A DNA stretch of 62,869 bases, the filler included, from Sphacelaria rigidula (Eukaryota): assembly GCA_964200075.2 (NCBI GenBank). It is 9 parts of 9 records of this genome, joined end to end, with 100 filler letters (N's around TTAATTAATTAA, not from the genome) between each part and the next. Parts side by side here need not be neighbours in the genome. Positions count along the whole stretch, not along the records: positions 34,986 to 41,881 come from CAXNAA020017531.1; positions 41,982 to 48,877 come from CAXNAA020017532.1; positions 48,978 to 55,873 come from CAXNAA020017533.1; 6 more parts are not named here. One strand, 5' to 3'. The notes under the pieces are model-generated. The model was not told the DNA's origin. It saw only the letters and a list, made by a program, of their open reading frames with translations, and ran no database searches. A program made the position numbers and the translations under genes. Below, in pieces: positions 37,261 to 50,690 of the stretch; the first letter of the stretch is position 1; each line of letters begins with the position of its first letter.

Positions 37261-38596
37261 AGTTCAACCAGGCGTCACTTTCACTTCACCATGAATACTT
37301 AAACTAGCATCCGCGACCTTGTGTCCCGAGATGCCGGCCTCTAACAGCAGCGTTGAACATTCATAACGTATTAACTGCTGAACACACGCAGCCTGCTGCA
37401 GCTTCTGACAGTTTCGTGGAGGATGGAGGTGTCCTAGACAAAGAAGACCCTATAGTAGGACGCTCGGGCGCTCCAATTGTTTCGCGTATTTTCTTATTCG
37501 GTTAGTAGGATTGCGGCAACCTACATACGCTGTTGCCATTCGCCGGAAAACTAGCGGGAATCAAAATTGCAGTGCATTAGGAGGCGCAAAAAAGGATTAA
37601 CCGCTAAATGCATTCAGCCTTTTGGCGTCCGACGGCCACCTGCCTTATATTTGTTCTCTACAGACCACTTCTCACGGGCGCGAGAAAAATCGTCGATCAA
37701 TATGTGCCTCTTTTGCACCTTCAGTAGCGATTTTCGCGCGAAAAGACGACCAGGCGGGGGATTGCACATTTCGTCACTTTCAGGGGTGTTATGTACCCTT
37801 TGGGGGGGGACTTGTAGGCAGTCACGATTTACGCCATAGATGTCGAGTCACTCCTACACTCCACTCCACACGGTGTACCGTCCATGCCGCACTTGAGTCA
37901 TTTTTTATGTCCATATCCATCAGCATTATTGCACACCGAGCTCAACTTTTAGCCCTCCTCATTTTTTTGCTTTTTGTTGTTCAACTTTGTCGAATTTGCA
38001 TGAGAGCTGAATTGAATGGTCCGCTCCAGGAAGAATATTACACTGCGCGATTACTTAATGATCCGCGATCGGCGGGAAAATGCACGGCGGAGGTACAACT
38101 TTGACACTGAGCTGTATTTTGGCACTGCCACGTTTGCTACCCCTCACCGCGTAGTACTCTTGTCAGAGACGCCACGTGGTGCACGAGTTGGACCGTATCT
38201 TCTTGTTTATATGCTACTTATTCGAATAAAACAACGTTTTCGTGAGATTGAGAGTAGAGCGCTGATTCAGAGTGGCTTTGATAATTCGCGCTCACTTGGT
38301 CATTTTTTCATTCCGGGCGTGCTTTTCTTTGCCTCCATCACTAGCGTGTATTTACATCTACACGTCGATATACTACGCAGGGATATATCAAGGGCCTCAG
38401 TGGCAAGCTACTACAGGAAGGATACCGGGCCTTGTGGAGGGGCATTTCGGAACTGAAACGATTCATTCACTATTTGACCGCTTTTCACTCTCAATCGTAT
38501 CCTCTGCTCTCAATCTCACTAAAACATTGTGAGACGTGTTCTCATCCTTCAGCCACCACCCTGTCGCCCACGCCTCCTCCCCTCGCCCCTCAACAG

Positions 38597-39465
38597 GCGT
38601 CGATAGCTGGGGCAAGTCTGGCGTCGATGCAACAATACTTATCAGATCCCGCGCGCATCGTGTACGCGTGTTGGGAGCATGACGATATAGCTCGAATGGA
38701 AGGCGGGGTTTTCCGACTCAAGTTTTCGGGGCAAAGCTTCCTTTCGGTGTCAATCGACATGTCCGTGGATATCAAACTTAGACCTACGGGGGACGGCAAG
38801 ATCATGTGCAAGTCCGTCGGCTACTCTGTGGAGGATATGGCGAAGATTTTAGGGAAAGAATTTGTAGATACTTTTTTCTTGGAGTTGGAGGGGGAGTTAA
38901 GGGTAGAGGAAACGGAGACAAAAGTGCGGGCGCTTACGCTGAAGAACACGCTGTTAAATGGGGATGTCGGCGTGACGGTCGGCGGCAAGGTGAGGAGCGA
39001 CTTGTGTTTGCCGCGTCTTCTTGACCGACTGTTCCTTCCGGAAGAAAGACGCTTCCGGCCGAGACTGCCGTGCGCCGTCCAAGCACTGTTTTGATCTTTG
39101 TTGTCGTCCAAAAAAAGGACTATTATTTGAGAACAACCTACCGTTTAGCGTCGCTTTCCGGTCGTACGTTTCATTTTTGAGCCATGTCGTTAGTTTCATG
39201 TATGGTGGTGGTCGCGCATCTATTTATACGTGAGGTCCAGTAAGCACGATTCTCTTGGGCTGTTCATGACCCTGTTTTTGTGCCCAACGCGCTGCCGTAC
39301 TTGTACTTGATCCAGATGCCGGCACTGCTGGCGGCCACGCCAGAGCAGCTCGTGAAATCAGCGGCCCTGGGAATCAACCAACGGGTTCTAGAGTACGTGT
39401 CGAGCACGTTTGTCGCCACGATTGCGAGTGACTACCGACAGTGGGCGAGAGAGCAGAAGCAATAG
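38597..39465 (+). CDS. DUF1997-like protein, last two exons (38597-38989 and 39316-39465)
   Basis: Splice sites CAG|GCG, AAG|GTGAGG and CAG|ATG, stop TAG. The pattern QQYLSDPARIV...FRLKF...LELEGEL...LNGDVGVTV...MPALLAATPEQLVKSAA...VL...DYRQWA resembles the cyanobacterial/plastid DUF1997 family, recalled from memory. The 5' exon was not located. Confidence 0.7.
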
Positions 39466-42400
39466 TATGCTTGAAGCACGTGGCAGCTTTGTGCATATTG
39501 CATTTGAATCCAAGGGTGACATGTTACTGTATTTAGGGTGTGGTGCCCTACATGGTGAAGATGGTTATTTTTTTCATGTTTTTTGTCCCTGTCGATCAGA
39601 TCAATGCCGTGTTGTGGCGCCAGTGTTGCGCGTCTTGTGCAGAACGATCCCACGGTGGTGTGGTACAACTGTTAATATAAGAGTTTTTCGTTTAATTGGC
39701 ATCAGACTGTAAACGCTCACTCTAAAGCTACTATACTGTCCGCATCGGTAGCTGCCGCGGCCTAGAATGCATTGCATGCGTAAGCATGTCGGCGTGCGCG
39801 AACTTGGCAGATGTGCTGAGCCATGAGGACGTCGCTATCAACCTTCCGCTTGCTCCCCGCGCCCTCTGTTGTATGCTGGCTTCAGACACGACACCTCGCC
39901 CTCGGCCTTCGTGACAAACGAAGCGGAGGCGTGTTGCAGGGGCATAAAGCATCACAAAAGAGAGGGCCACTGGGGATCTGATGGTGAATACACGGCTGGT
40001 GCGTGTCACTTAAGACACGAAACAGTTTGAACCCTGAGTCGTACAACTATGCACAGAAAATGATCGCACCGTACGCCAAAAACTCTTGTACCCCTACCAA
40101 ACCACCCGTGAATAGTCCGCTCCCACTTTGATACACACATGAAGCCCCCAAATTCAAGCCCTCGCGCGATGTGTAATATTTCGCAATCTATGCTGCAAGC
40201 TCTTCACCATACGGCACGCGTTCATCCCCCACCAACCGCGCTCACAAACCACTGCATAAATCAAATACACAAGTTACACTGCACGGCCGAAACACTGGCT
40301 ACAACGGAACGCGACAAGCCACGCGGGAACAAAAGGCTCCATCTGGCCAGCGATCACTCGCTTGTTTGGGGACCCAGGTTAAAAACAGCGTAAGGCTAGG
40401 TCGAACATTGAGCATTTGTCAATAGTCACATGCCTCAATTACCGCCCCACATCACCATTTCTTTCGATGCAAGTTATCTCGTAACGAAACTGACAAACGG
40501 CTGCACTGCCCGTCTTTTGCCCCCAACAAACGGTGGAGTTCCGCGCACTAAGAGTCTTCGTCTTCATCCTCGATACCCCAGTCGAGGTCAACATCCACGG
40601 CGTCGAGCCCCCTGACATGTAGCGGTAGAGTAGACAGTAACCCAAGCAGACGATGAGTAAATTTGTGCACAATATATGAAACAATGGGGCTGATTTGACG
40701 TCACTTTCACAGCAAGATAAGCTGCAGCGTTGTCATCGTTCTCTCCGCGGTCCGAAATAAGCAAGAAGGGAATTGTCGAATCTGTGAGATGATAAAAAAA
40801 AAGCTACTCGCGAAATCAGAATGGTCGCAGGTGTTGGAGACGAAGACAATACCCATACTCCTTCCCAATTGGTTGCGTCAAGGCACTGCCGACACGATCC
40901 ATCGCGACAATGCTACTGAAAGACCATTTCCAACGCTTACAGGACACCCTGGACAATGAAATACGTTAACAAAAAGTGAACTGCGAGCAGTATCGAATCC
41001 ATTGTCCGTTGTCCAGGATGTGTGATATTTACAAGGTTTTGACGGTTTGACGCCCGAATCTGAGGAGCTTCAAAACACCACCAAATGCGGCTGTTAGCCT
41101 TTAGTCCGTTCGATGCCTTGGAAAATATGTACAGACTGGTTCACACTTTCGACCCGAAGTTCAATCATTCGCAATTTTCAATTTTCACGTCGATTCTTGG
41201 AGTTAGATTTTGAAAAATTGCACACATACACGACGAGGCAATTCGGAACTTCAACGGAATGAGTTTTTCCGATTTTTTCCCTTCCGCCAGTTATCGGGGG
41301 TCCCAGGGTCCTGGAAAGTAACATGTCATAATTGAACGCCCGAAAACCGGCGATTTTTTTTCAACTCCACTAGTTGTAAGTTCCGAAATTCTCGATAGTG
41401 TCTGTGCAATTTTCGGATTCTACCTCCAAGAATCAGCGTGAACATTTGTGCTCTTGTGCGACAAAGTGGTCTTGAAAGGTACAAACTCCAAACTACTTCT
41501 TTTCAGTACTGAACCGACTTTTTTGGGTACGTTTGACGTTAAAACAACCCCAGTGCATCAGTTTTTTACTTACACAATGACACTTCGTACACATGCTCCT
41601 TGGACCAAGCCGGGACGCCTAATTTTCTCCTTTTGAGGGGGGAGGCATTCTGTACCGGCATTCGGGGGTCTTCACGCGGGGACCCCCGGAAGCCGGTAAC
41701 GGGCGGAGAAATAATCAAATCTTCCAACAGTTTATCTATTTTCTTTGGAGCATCAATGTCTACCGAACCTCCAAGTTTGAGGGCGGTCGGAGCTTTCCTA
41801 CGAGTTTTTCGTTTTTTGTTTTCTCACACTTTGAACCCCTCCCCTTCCTCGGGATGAGTCCGTGGTTTCAAGGGATCAACCNNNNNNNNNNNNNNNNNNN
41901 NNNNNNNNNNNNNNNNNNNNNNNNNTTAATTAATTAANNNNNNNNNNNNNNNNNNNNNNNNNNNNNNNNNNNNNNNNNNNNAGCAATCAGGCAGAAGAAA
42001 TCGTGAATTTGGTGATTTTGAGTCGTGATGATTTGTCCTAACCGTGAATGGTTTACGCACTGCTTGCTTATTGCTGGCGCACGGTACAGTACTGATCCTG
42101 CAGTCCCTTTTGGCAGAGGATAAGAGAAGGGGGGTACCTTGGATTCCCGCTACTCTTATGCCTGTGCAAAACAAGAATTTTAAACTCAAGCATTCGGCGT
42201 TTTGCACTTCGTCTGACAAAAAAAATAGATATTTCAGAATTTCTGCTAGATTCGGAGAGAAAATGAGACGCCGAGCCTCACTCTCAGTAAGACTTTGTTG
42301 AAATCTGCCGCGCTCTGTACACTCCATTGATCTTCCTCCACGTTGGTGGTCGTTGGAACCCGGGTGCACGTTCCCAACACGCGATCGTTGCGCCTCAAAG

Positions 42401-43385
42401 GGGGCACCAGGCGCGTGTAGTACCTTTTCTCCATGGAGCACACAACCCCCCGAATCACACATTACCCACGGCCGCATATCGCAACGGCGTGAATCTTGAT
42501 GGCATGGTAACGACCGCCCTCCACGTACTACAGTAGTGCTGTACACGGTGTTTCTTTTGCCAGCCGGCGCAGTTCATACCCGAGCATAACACTACACAGA
42601 CTGTACAATAATCTGTGCTGCACTGCGCTTCATTGCATGCAGTTGTGCTGCTGTTCTGTGCTGCGCTGGGGTGCATGGTATTGTACTGCTCGGGGCTACA
42701 CTGTACTGGGATGAACAGCTTGTACAACGGAAAGGGGGCTCTCTGCAGCACCCATGTGCTGGTGCGGAACAAAATTCAAACTTTTCAAACTTTCGTCAAC
42801 TTGTCGCATCTGCTACATGAATGGATTCCAGTAAATCAGTTTGCAATGGAACTGATGCTTTGTGTAGATGCCCAAACCCTCATCTGTGTCTCTGCCGGTA
42901 GTGTTACGCGAGAGCAGTGCTCTTCCATAACACCAGAGGTCACGTTTCACAGTGGGGGGTGGTGTTCACCCTGGGCGGCACGGATTCTGCCATAACTCCT
43001 GGCATAGAGCACTGTTGCCATTGCAATCTGCGAGAGGTTTTGCCTACAGTATGTATGTATGAACATACCTTGATCCTCCACGCGCATGCTCCCTCCGCCT
43101 GGGCGATGCTGCCTGGGCCGCTGCTGCATGCACAGCATATGCGGATCGTCCTTGCGAAATAGGAGACACTTGCCATCATCCACAGTTTTTGGCGGAGGTA
43201 ATAACAATTTTAAAAGTTCCCCGGCGTAACACGGCATATGAGGGATCAGGCCGGCGGCGTAGGCCACGACGAGAACAAAACAAGTCGAGTTATTTGTTAT
43301 TTGTACTACTCATGTAATCTATGGTTGATTCCCCATGACTCTGCCTGCCAAACTGAGTTAGCGAATGAGTCCAATGTAGTTATAA

Positions 43386-43878
43386 GGCCGGATGTTATGA
43401 CAAACAGATATTTGGCCCACGGATTGTTCACCTTTGGGACGTTTGAGCCACTTTTTGACCCCCAAACAGGGAGAATCGCCAACACACGTCTTGGACCGAG
43501 CTTGGACACTTTGCATCACCCCACAGAGAGGAGCCTAGCCCACTCTTTAGATTCGTTTGGCTCCGAGGTTTCGAGAGCGGCCGCTGAACAACGATCCGTG
43601 TGCAACAAAATCTGCGGCGGTCTCCACAGATTAGTGGGCAAACTGGCGGGGGTCGGCAAGCACAAATTCTTGTACGCGATTTTTTGTTCAGGGGCCAATC
43701 TCGAAACCTCGGAGCCAAGTAAGTCTGAAAAGCAGACTGGGCTCCTCTCTGTGGGGTGATGCAAAGTGTCCGAGACGTGTGTTGACGGTTTTTCCTGTTT
43801 GGGTGTCAAACGGTGGGTCAAACGTCTCAAAAGTGAACAATCCGTGGGCCAAGAATCTGTGTGCCATAACATCCGGCC
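43386..43878. mobile_element. ~490-bp foldback MITE
   Basis: Termini GGCCGGATGTTATG / CATAACATCCGGCC. The arms stay complementary almost to the centre (for example GGACACTTTGCATCACCCCACAGAGAGGAGCC / GGCTCCTCTCTGTGGGGTGATGCAAAGTGTCC). A TA dinucleotide lies one base outside each end. Confidence 0.8.
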
Positions 43879-45461
43879 GTAGTTCACCCGAACCGGAAGA
43901 ACGTGCTCATTTTGACGACCGTGACTGGTAAGAATGGGTATCCCGCACCTCTCGGGCCTCATGCAGCGCTGATTGTTTTCCTCGGGAAACTTCCAAACAC
44001 AATATGGTTGACTCGGTAAGCTTTCTGGTTCCTGCGCAGACAGACGCGCCTGCCCGCCTCAAAACCACACACCCCGGCCACTGGAAACCCCCGAATGTCT
44101 CCGGTCTGGCAGCCTCTGAAACTGTTCCGAGGCGCCTCTCGCTGTCTAAGGTCGGTCTGTGAACAACGAATAGCGCTACCTTAGTTGAAAATCCGAATAT
44201 GAAAACAGCGCTGGAGATTGGAGATTACATAAGACCGTTTCTTACGGCTCACCACAGCATGCGACGAAATGTGTATAATAATACCTTGTAAGCATTATTC
44301 ACACAGTAGTATAGCGGTAGAACATGTGCACTGGAAATTTACTCCGAACATGCATCCTGCATCAGGGAACGGGGGGCTTCACATTCGATCATCACGTCAT
44401 AGCTCTGGACGACAAGCAACTTCAGCTTGAACTGGGCAGTGAGCACCGGTGGCCAGTGTAGCATGCCATGGCTTTGGAGTGGGGCGTCGGCTATGGGGAC
44501 TACGGCCAGACAGTGGAGCCGGTTGTGGTGGTGAGTGGCTACCTACCCACAGAAAATGGTACTCGAGCGGGCGTTTGGGCAGCTTGATCTGTGGTAGTAC
44601 ATGTGCTGCAGGAACGGTTATGTCTTCTCTACATCCGTATTCACGGCAGCTGCTGCTGACTTTGCCAGAAACAGGTCGCCAGCGAGAGCGTGCATGGACG
44701 CGCGATGGCTTTCAGTTCGTCAGGAACGTTAACGCAGGCTCTCTGCTTGTTTTGTACGCTTGTGCGTGAACTACTGCACTTTCCAGTCTACTCTGATCCC
44801 GGTCAAGTGAACGCTAGAGATTGATGTTGAAGCGGTGTCTCTTGTCTGCTGGCTGAGAATCGCCATACGGTGGCACTCGTGAGACAGGGTGCTTGTTCCA
44901 TGTGGGGGATAAGGAGAGGGCTCTGCCTTCATATGCCCATGTGTTGTTTTTGACCCAACATGCAAGCCAATGCGTGTAAGTACAGCTGTGGTTTGAAACG
45001 AAGAAATTACCAAGAAGCTTGAGAGAAGCCACTCTCGCGACCTGTGAGAGCGCTTTATCCGTATACACGTCCTGAACCTTTTGAGGCACTGCTGTGCCTT
45101 TCCTCACGGTAATTGGGTAACAAGATTGTGTTCATACAGCAATCTCATAGTGATCGGGCCGTGTCTTGTAATTGTTTTGGTGTGAAAAACGTGCGGTAGA
45201 ATCGATCTCGCTCGCATCTGATACGTCCACCGCATTTATGTTCCCAGATGTGTTCAAGTTCATTTTATAATTATTTGCGTGCGATCGACTGAGTGAAAAA
45301 CAGAAAAAAAGCAGAAAAAGGCAGAAGCACCCGAAAGCATTATGTTGATTAACCCCGGCCGAGTCTACGATTGCAGCGACTAATCAGGATGCTGCTTTTG
45401 GACGCTTGTTCCTTTTCCTGCTTTTTTTTTGTCTCGACAAGACACGACCTGAACGCCTTTA

Positions 45462-45559
45462 CCCTTAGACCGCGATGTTGGTCTTCTGTTGAATCGGCAT
45501 CAATTTCGAGTGAAAAAAAGTATGCATGATCCAGAAAGACTAATCTCGCGGTCTGAGGG
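45462..45559. mobile_element. 98-bp piggyBac-type MITE
   Basis: TTTA-CCCTTAGACCGCGA ... TCGCGGTCTGAGGG-TTAA (13/14 TIR match). A near-identical right end lies at ~28350-28430. Related CCTTAGAC-starting repeats are at 48706-48877 (+) and ~43960-44152 (-). Confidence 0.65.
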
Positions 45560-46605
45560 TTAACCCTTGTGGGGCTGGGCCTCCAGAACGACCAATGAGG
45601 CTGTTAGGAATCACGTGTCCTGCATATGCATGAAACAATGGATTCATGTTGCTAAATTTTCGAGTATGTATGTAACCGCAGGGTCAAAGAAGAAGACCGA
45701 AAGTTTCATCTAATCTATTTTTAGATGCAGGTACAAACTGCCTGTGCTATAATTCGGGTGTTATGCACATCAGGTAATGTACAGATGTATCAAGCAGTAT
45801 GAGTCGCTGTGGAGAGCTAGCTTTCAAGAGGAGGTGGCAACCGCCGCCCGCCACTTGTGTCTTTGGATACTGTCCCCATCACCTTTCCACACAGCCCTTT
45901 GTGGTCGGGGTGGGGCCGTGATTTCCCTCTTTGTTGCAAGCGGCAGATGCTCTTCGAACGGCATGCGCCGCAGATACAGTACCGTGTAGCACGCCTTTCC
46001 GACTGCAGCAGCAGCTGCCGCTGCATATTCCCTCGCATGTTCTGGACAGTTCTCCTCGATGGAGATCAGCTGCCTATACACAGCTTGTTCGTTACCGTCA
46101 ACTGCATACGACCTCACCGCCGCTTGTACCGCTTTGACAGAGGGATACGCAGAACTCATCATGTCTCTAGCTCCGTCTCTGGTCCCACATCGTCGCTACA
46201 TTCAGTCACCTCGTGAACATGACCACATGTACAACAGTAGGGTGGACTTATTCCCGAATTCCCCCCGAGCACGACCTGTTAGTGTGATCTACTAGGGTTA
46301 ACTATAGAATGGTGACCGTACAAAAAATCGGAGGGACGGGAGATCGGGCCTACAAAAAATGTAAGTAAATGATGGAAAAATCGGGAACCCGAGCCACGAC
46401 GACTTGGGGTCACTTTTGCTGTGAAGGCTTTTCTGTGGGCCAGGGACAGGGTACACCAACTTTGTAGTGACATCACCCCCGGCGGCACCCCCCCCCCCAC
46501 TGGTCGGTCTGATGTGGTCGATAAATTTTGCCTCGCCCTGATTGGACAGGTCGCTCCCACACTTGTTTATTATTATTTTACGAACACATGGTGAACCCCT
46601 TGTTA

Positions 46606-46796
46606 GGCCGTGTCTTATCAAATTGTTTTTGATTCGAAAACGTACGATGGAATCAAATTTGCTTGTGCCTGATACGTCCACGGCATTCATGTTCTCAACC
46701 ATCTCAAAAATTTAGTAGGGTGGACGAATCAGAAACGGAGCGAATTCGATTCGACCGCACCTTTCCGACACGAAAACAATTTGATAAGACACGGCC
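46606..46796. mobile_element. PIF/Harbinger (Tourist-like) MITE; second copy at 48120-48391
   Basis: 24-bp TIR GGCCGTGTCTTATCAAATTGTTTT with TTA target-site duplication on both sides. The second copy is flanked by TAA/TGA. Confidence 0.8.
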
Positions 46797-47287
46797 TTAG
46801 TGGAGCTTCAGTTCCAAAAGGGTTCATTTCTTCGATCGAAAACACCCAGCGGAGAGTAGCGAAGAGGCACTTGACCCATATCTTGCAGACAATCACGCCA
46901 GATACGACCCCTTCACAGAACCAATGCAAACCCCACCTGGTTCATTCTCAGCTACCAAACATAACCATGCAGCACAGATCACGAGTTGAACACTGAAGTT
47001 ATAGCGTACCGACACTTGCACCCTCTTGGAATGATGTACTTATTCTTGGCGAAAACTTGAGCATCTTAATTGTGATGGAATCCGGCGACGGAACTGCATG
47101 GTAAGGTGGGCGACCGAAGTGCGTACACGCTCATGGACAGTAGAGGCAGCACGAAGCTGCACGTTGTTCAATTTTTTTCACGTACTCCTGTATCCAGAGA
47201 GCGCATACAGCCCTGTACTTACGATACTTTACGCTGCCCGCTTCTTTTTTACATCATGCTGCTGTACGAAGTACACACGCTGTGCAG

Positions 47288-47861
47288 TGTGACGGTTTAA
47301 GAGACAACCAACTAGACTACTGACCAAGTCAGTCCATCGCCACGTTCCCCGCCCTCCACTTCCATACCTTCCGCCGCCGAGCTGACTTGGTCATTAGTCT
47401 AGTTGGTTGTCTCTTGAACCGTCACATAAGTTAGTCGTGGGGTTCAATCCCCGTCACTTTCACTCGGAGGAGGGCGACTCCTCTTGCCAGCGCTCTATCG
47501 ACTGCCATCAGGAGTTCTAGTGTTGTCACTTCTCACCGTACCCTAGAGTTCCTCGTCTCCCCCACTCGTTCCCAGAGTGTGTGCACTGGGGTCCCTAGCA
47601 GTCATCTCCAAACATGCTGTCTGTGGTGCAGCAGCTGTGCGCACCAGGCTATACCCCTCCCTTTTGTCTTTGGGCCAATTTTTTACTGAGGTTTTCTCTC
47701 CTTGGGGCCAATTTTCTACAGAGGTTTTCTCTCCTCTTTTTTCTTGAAAGAAAGTGCTTTCGACGAGAATCGAACCGGCGACTAACTCCTATGACGGTTT
47801 CAGAGACAACCAACTAGACTCAGTAGTCTCAGTAGTCTAGTTGGTTGTCTCTTGAACCGTC
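47288..47861. repeat. Cluster of tRNA-like SINE heads in inverted arrangement
   Basis: Four copies of AGTCTAGTTGGTTGTCTCT..AACCGTC (A-box-like). Two continue into B-boxes: GGTTCAATCCC on + near 47441 and GGTTCGATTC on - near 47770. Confidence 0.65.
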
Positions 47862-47899
47862 TCAGCAGAGAACAGTACAGGCAGTACTGACTACTGTAT

Positions 47900-48540
47900 T
47901 GATTGTGTTTGTTGTCATCCCGTTTGTTCTGGACGCCGGTCTACACATTTTGGTATATGTGGGCGCACCAGCCGGGGCTATACAAGAGGAAGGCCAACAG
48001 AGGAGTTTTTATTTTCATTTTCGTTTGTTGTAGTTTTCCACCTTTCTTCTGCGGTGCTTGCCTTTTCTTTTGGTAATCGCGAGAGGGGTTTAGCAGTCCC
48101 TTTCCCTCGTCTAGACTAAGGCCGTGTTTAATCGAATTATTTTCGACTGGAAAACGCACCGTGGAATCGAATTTGCTCGTACCTGATGATTGACTGATTG
48201 ATTATCTCACATCAGCTGATTGCAACAATCCAGCCCGTGGTCAGAAGCAGCAAAAAAAACAGAAAAAAAAAAGGAACAGAAAAATGATGTGTCCACGGCA
48301 TTCAAGCTCTCACTAATGTGGGAAAATATGTAGCGTGGACGAAAATATAAAACACGTTTTCGACACGAAAACAACTTGATAAGACACGGCCTGAGTCGAA
48401 TTTTGTGTCGTACTCACGACATGGTTCCTCTCCACTGTTGGACATTGTGTGAGAAAAAATCCCGGATTGCTCCGAGATTCGAACCCACGACCCAACCGTC
48501 ATAATGTCTCGAGGGTACCAACTGGGCCACCGGGGCGACC
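47900..48540 (-). mobile_element. tRNA-derived SINE interrupted by a Tourist-like MITE
   Basis: Head GGTCGCCCCGGTGGCCCAGTTGG (A box) ... GGGTTCGAATCT (B box). The body appears to resume beyond the MITE at 48120-48391 and ends in a GATGACAACAAAC tail. Confidence 0.65.
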
Positions 48541-49268
48541 GGTAGTATTGATTACAAGTGGATAACCGCTTCACGACTTCCACCGTCTTTTTTTAGTCGA
48601 AAGCTTTCAAATTCGCTCGGACCCAAACCGTACGCAATGAACCAATGCAATTCCGCCGCCCTAATACGCTCGATAGCCCATGCACATATGATAGGAAGCG
48701 GCCTTAACCCTTAGACGACGAGCGTCGCCTCGGAACAGTTGTACAGGCTGACAGCCCGGAGAAATCCAGGCGTTTCCAGAGCTCACGGGGGGTGGTTTTT
48801 GAGGGGTGGGGGGTGTCTGCACGCAGAGCACCGGAGAAGCTCACGGAGTCAACCATGTGTTTTGGGAAGTTTCCCGCNNNNNNNNNNNNNNNNNNNNNNN
48901 NNNNNNNNNNNNNNNNNNNNNTTAATTAATTAANNNNNNNNNNNNNNNNNNNNNNNNNNNNNNNNNNNNNNNNNNNNTCGTCACCAGTCGACTCACACTA
49001 TTAAAACCAAGTAATTTTCAGACGAATCACCATTTGTCCAACCCTTGTAAGGGTTGCTACGGTACAGCGGATAATCGACGTACCGTACACTTTAGGGGTA
49101 ATTTAGCTTGAATACCCATATTCTACAGCCATGGGTTTGCAGTACAGCACACAATACAGCACACTGTGAAGCACAGTACTTCGTATACAGTGCAGTATTT
49201 GAATTATACAGTGCAGTGTAGTAGAATGCAATGTAGTCTACGGTCAACGGTCGAGAATGCTCGAGGAG

Positions 49269-49306
<38 letters not shown>

Positions 49307-49464
49307 TGCTGTTGTGTATCGCCGTCTCACGTCGAGGCTGGTCAACCGACCTCGTTCTGGACTGTAACGCGCAGTAGATGGTTACAGCATTGTACTTCTG
49401 ACACAAACCCCAAAATGTCCCTAAAGTTGTGCCGGTTGTTTGTCTGTGTATGATATCGTCTCAC

Positions 49465-49783
49465 CTTGGCTGTGTCCAACCTTGTAGAGGATGCCTTCTA
49501 GTTCATTTATCCCTATCGTTCCTGTGTTCTCCGCATCATAGAGGTTGAAGATGCCCTTCAGAGTCGAGACCTCCTCCTTGCCGTATATACCCTGTGTTGG
49601 AACCCCTCCACCTTCACCGTTGTCGCCGCCACCATCACCAGGCATCGATATCTGATTTGTCGGCTCTTCGCTTTCGCCGCCCCCTACTTCTCCTCCTGCG
49701 TCTCCATGTGTCTCCAAACCGATATTCCCCGCACCGCTGCCACCTTCAGCAGGCGATTCCTCTCGGTCTTCCTCCACGCTCAT
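49465..49783 (-). CDS. First exon of an EF-hand-containing protein
   Basis: ATG at 49783, a G/E-rich N-terminus, then EEVSTLKGIFNLYDAENTGTIGINELEGIL with an EF-hand-like loop (DAENTGTIGINE). Donor G|GTGAGA. No further exon was found before the contig end. Confidence 0.7.
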
Positions 49784-50690
49784 GATACTTGTGAGAGCTA
49801 CAACTGATACAGAACACTTCTGTAGCTCGAGCTTCACGAGTATGAATGCTTGCACACGCCGTTACACAGAGTACAGAGTACACGCGCTTGGGTGGCGTGT
49901 TGTCAAGACTGATGGCTGAAAGCTCGCTGGAATGTGTACAGTACTGCAACATATGTTCTTGGGCGAGAGGTGTCGTAACTGCCTCGTTCGGCCGTGTTGC
50001 TTTTGGAAACTACAAGAGCACGAACACTTTATCGACCCCACATGCTCTAACAAAGGATTTCGGACGTTCGGATAGATATTCTCATGAAGAAAGCGAGTTC
50101 ATATTGGCGTGTGTGGGATAAATACGGTCTGTACGCTGTCCAGCACTCTCTGCTGCGCTTGTACAAAATGTGCACACTCGACGTCGTTGGATTCCTGTCA
50201 AGCGATTGGAGCACACAGTTTCATCTTTTGCGGCGAAATTGCTGTCGGTTTGATGTGGACTGCGGCGTAGTTAGCATCAAGCCACAGTCATTGTCCACGA
50301 TCCAGGGATTGCTTCCAGTGACAGTTGATGTTGCCTCGAATATGTTAATACTGGCTGTAGACCCGTTTGGATGTACACAAATAGCACCCTCTTCAACTGA
50401 TATTCATCTTTAATCGACGTGTTATTTGGACGAGTGATGCAGCGATGCTAGAATGCTGACAGGCAGCTCCTGCCAAAAGGACTGCAACCATCGCAACAAA
50501 CAGGGTACCCCAGTCCAGTACCTAGAGCACGCGCGTCGCCTATATGGTATTCCGTACGTAATCGACAGCTTCGTCTTGGTCAGGCGACTGCAGGCACGAC
50601 GCACCAACACGGCCTAGCTGTGCTGGTCGCGGTTACGGTGATTGTGAACGCACGTACGAGGTCAAAGGGACGAGCAGTGGCAGCACCGCG

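Noticed and set aside
42700-46200. Short ORFs in segment 7 (for example 45824-46162 and 42947-43267)
   Set aside because: No recognisable motifs, and they are interleaved with MITEs.
48455-48540. Functional tRNA gene
   Set aside because: It has A and B boxes but no closing acceptor stem, and it continues into a repeat body, which fits a SINE head.
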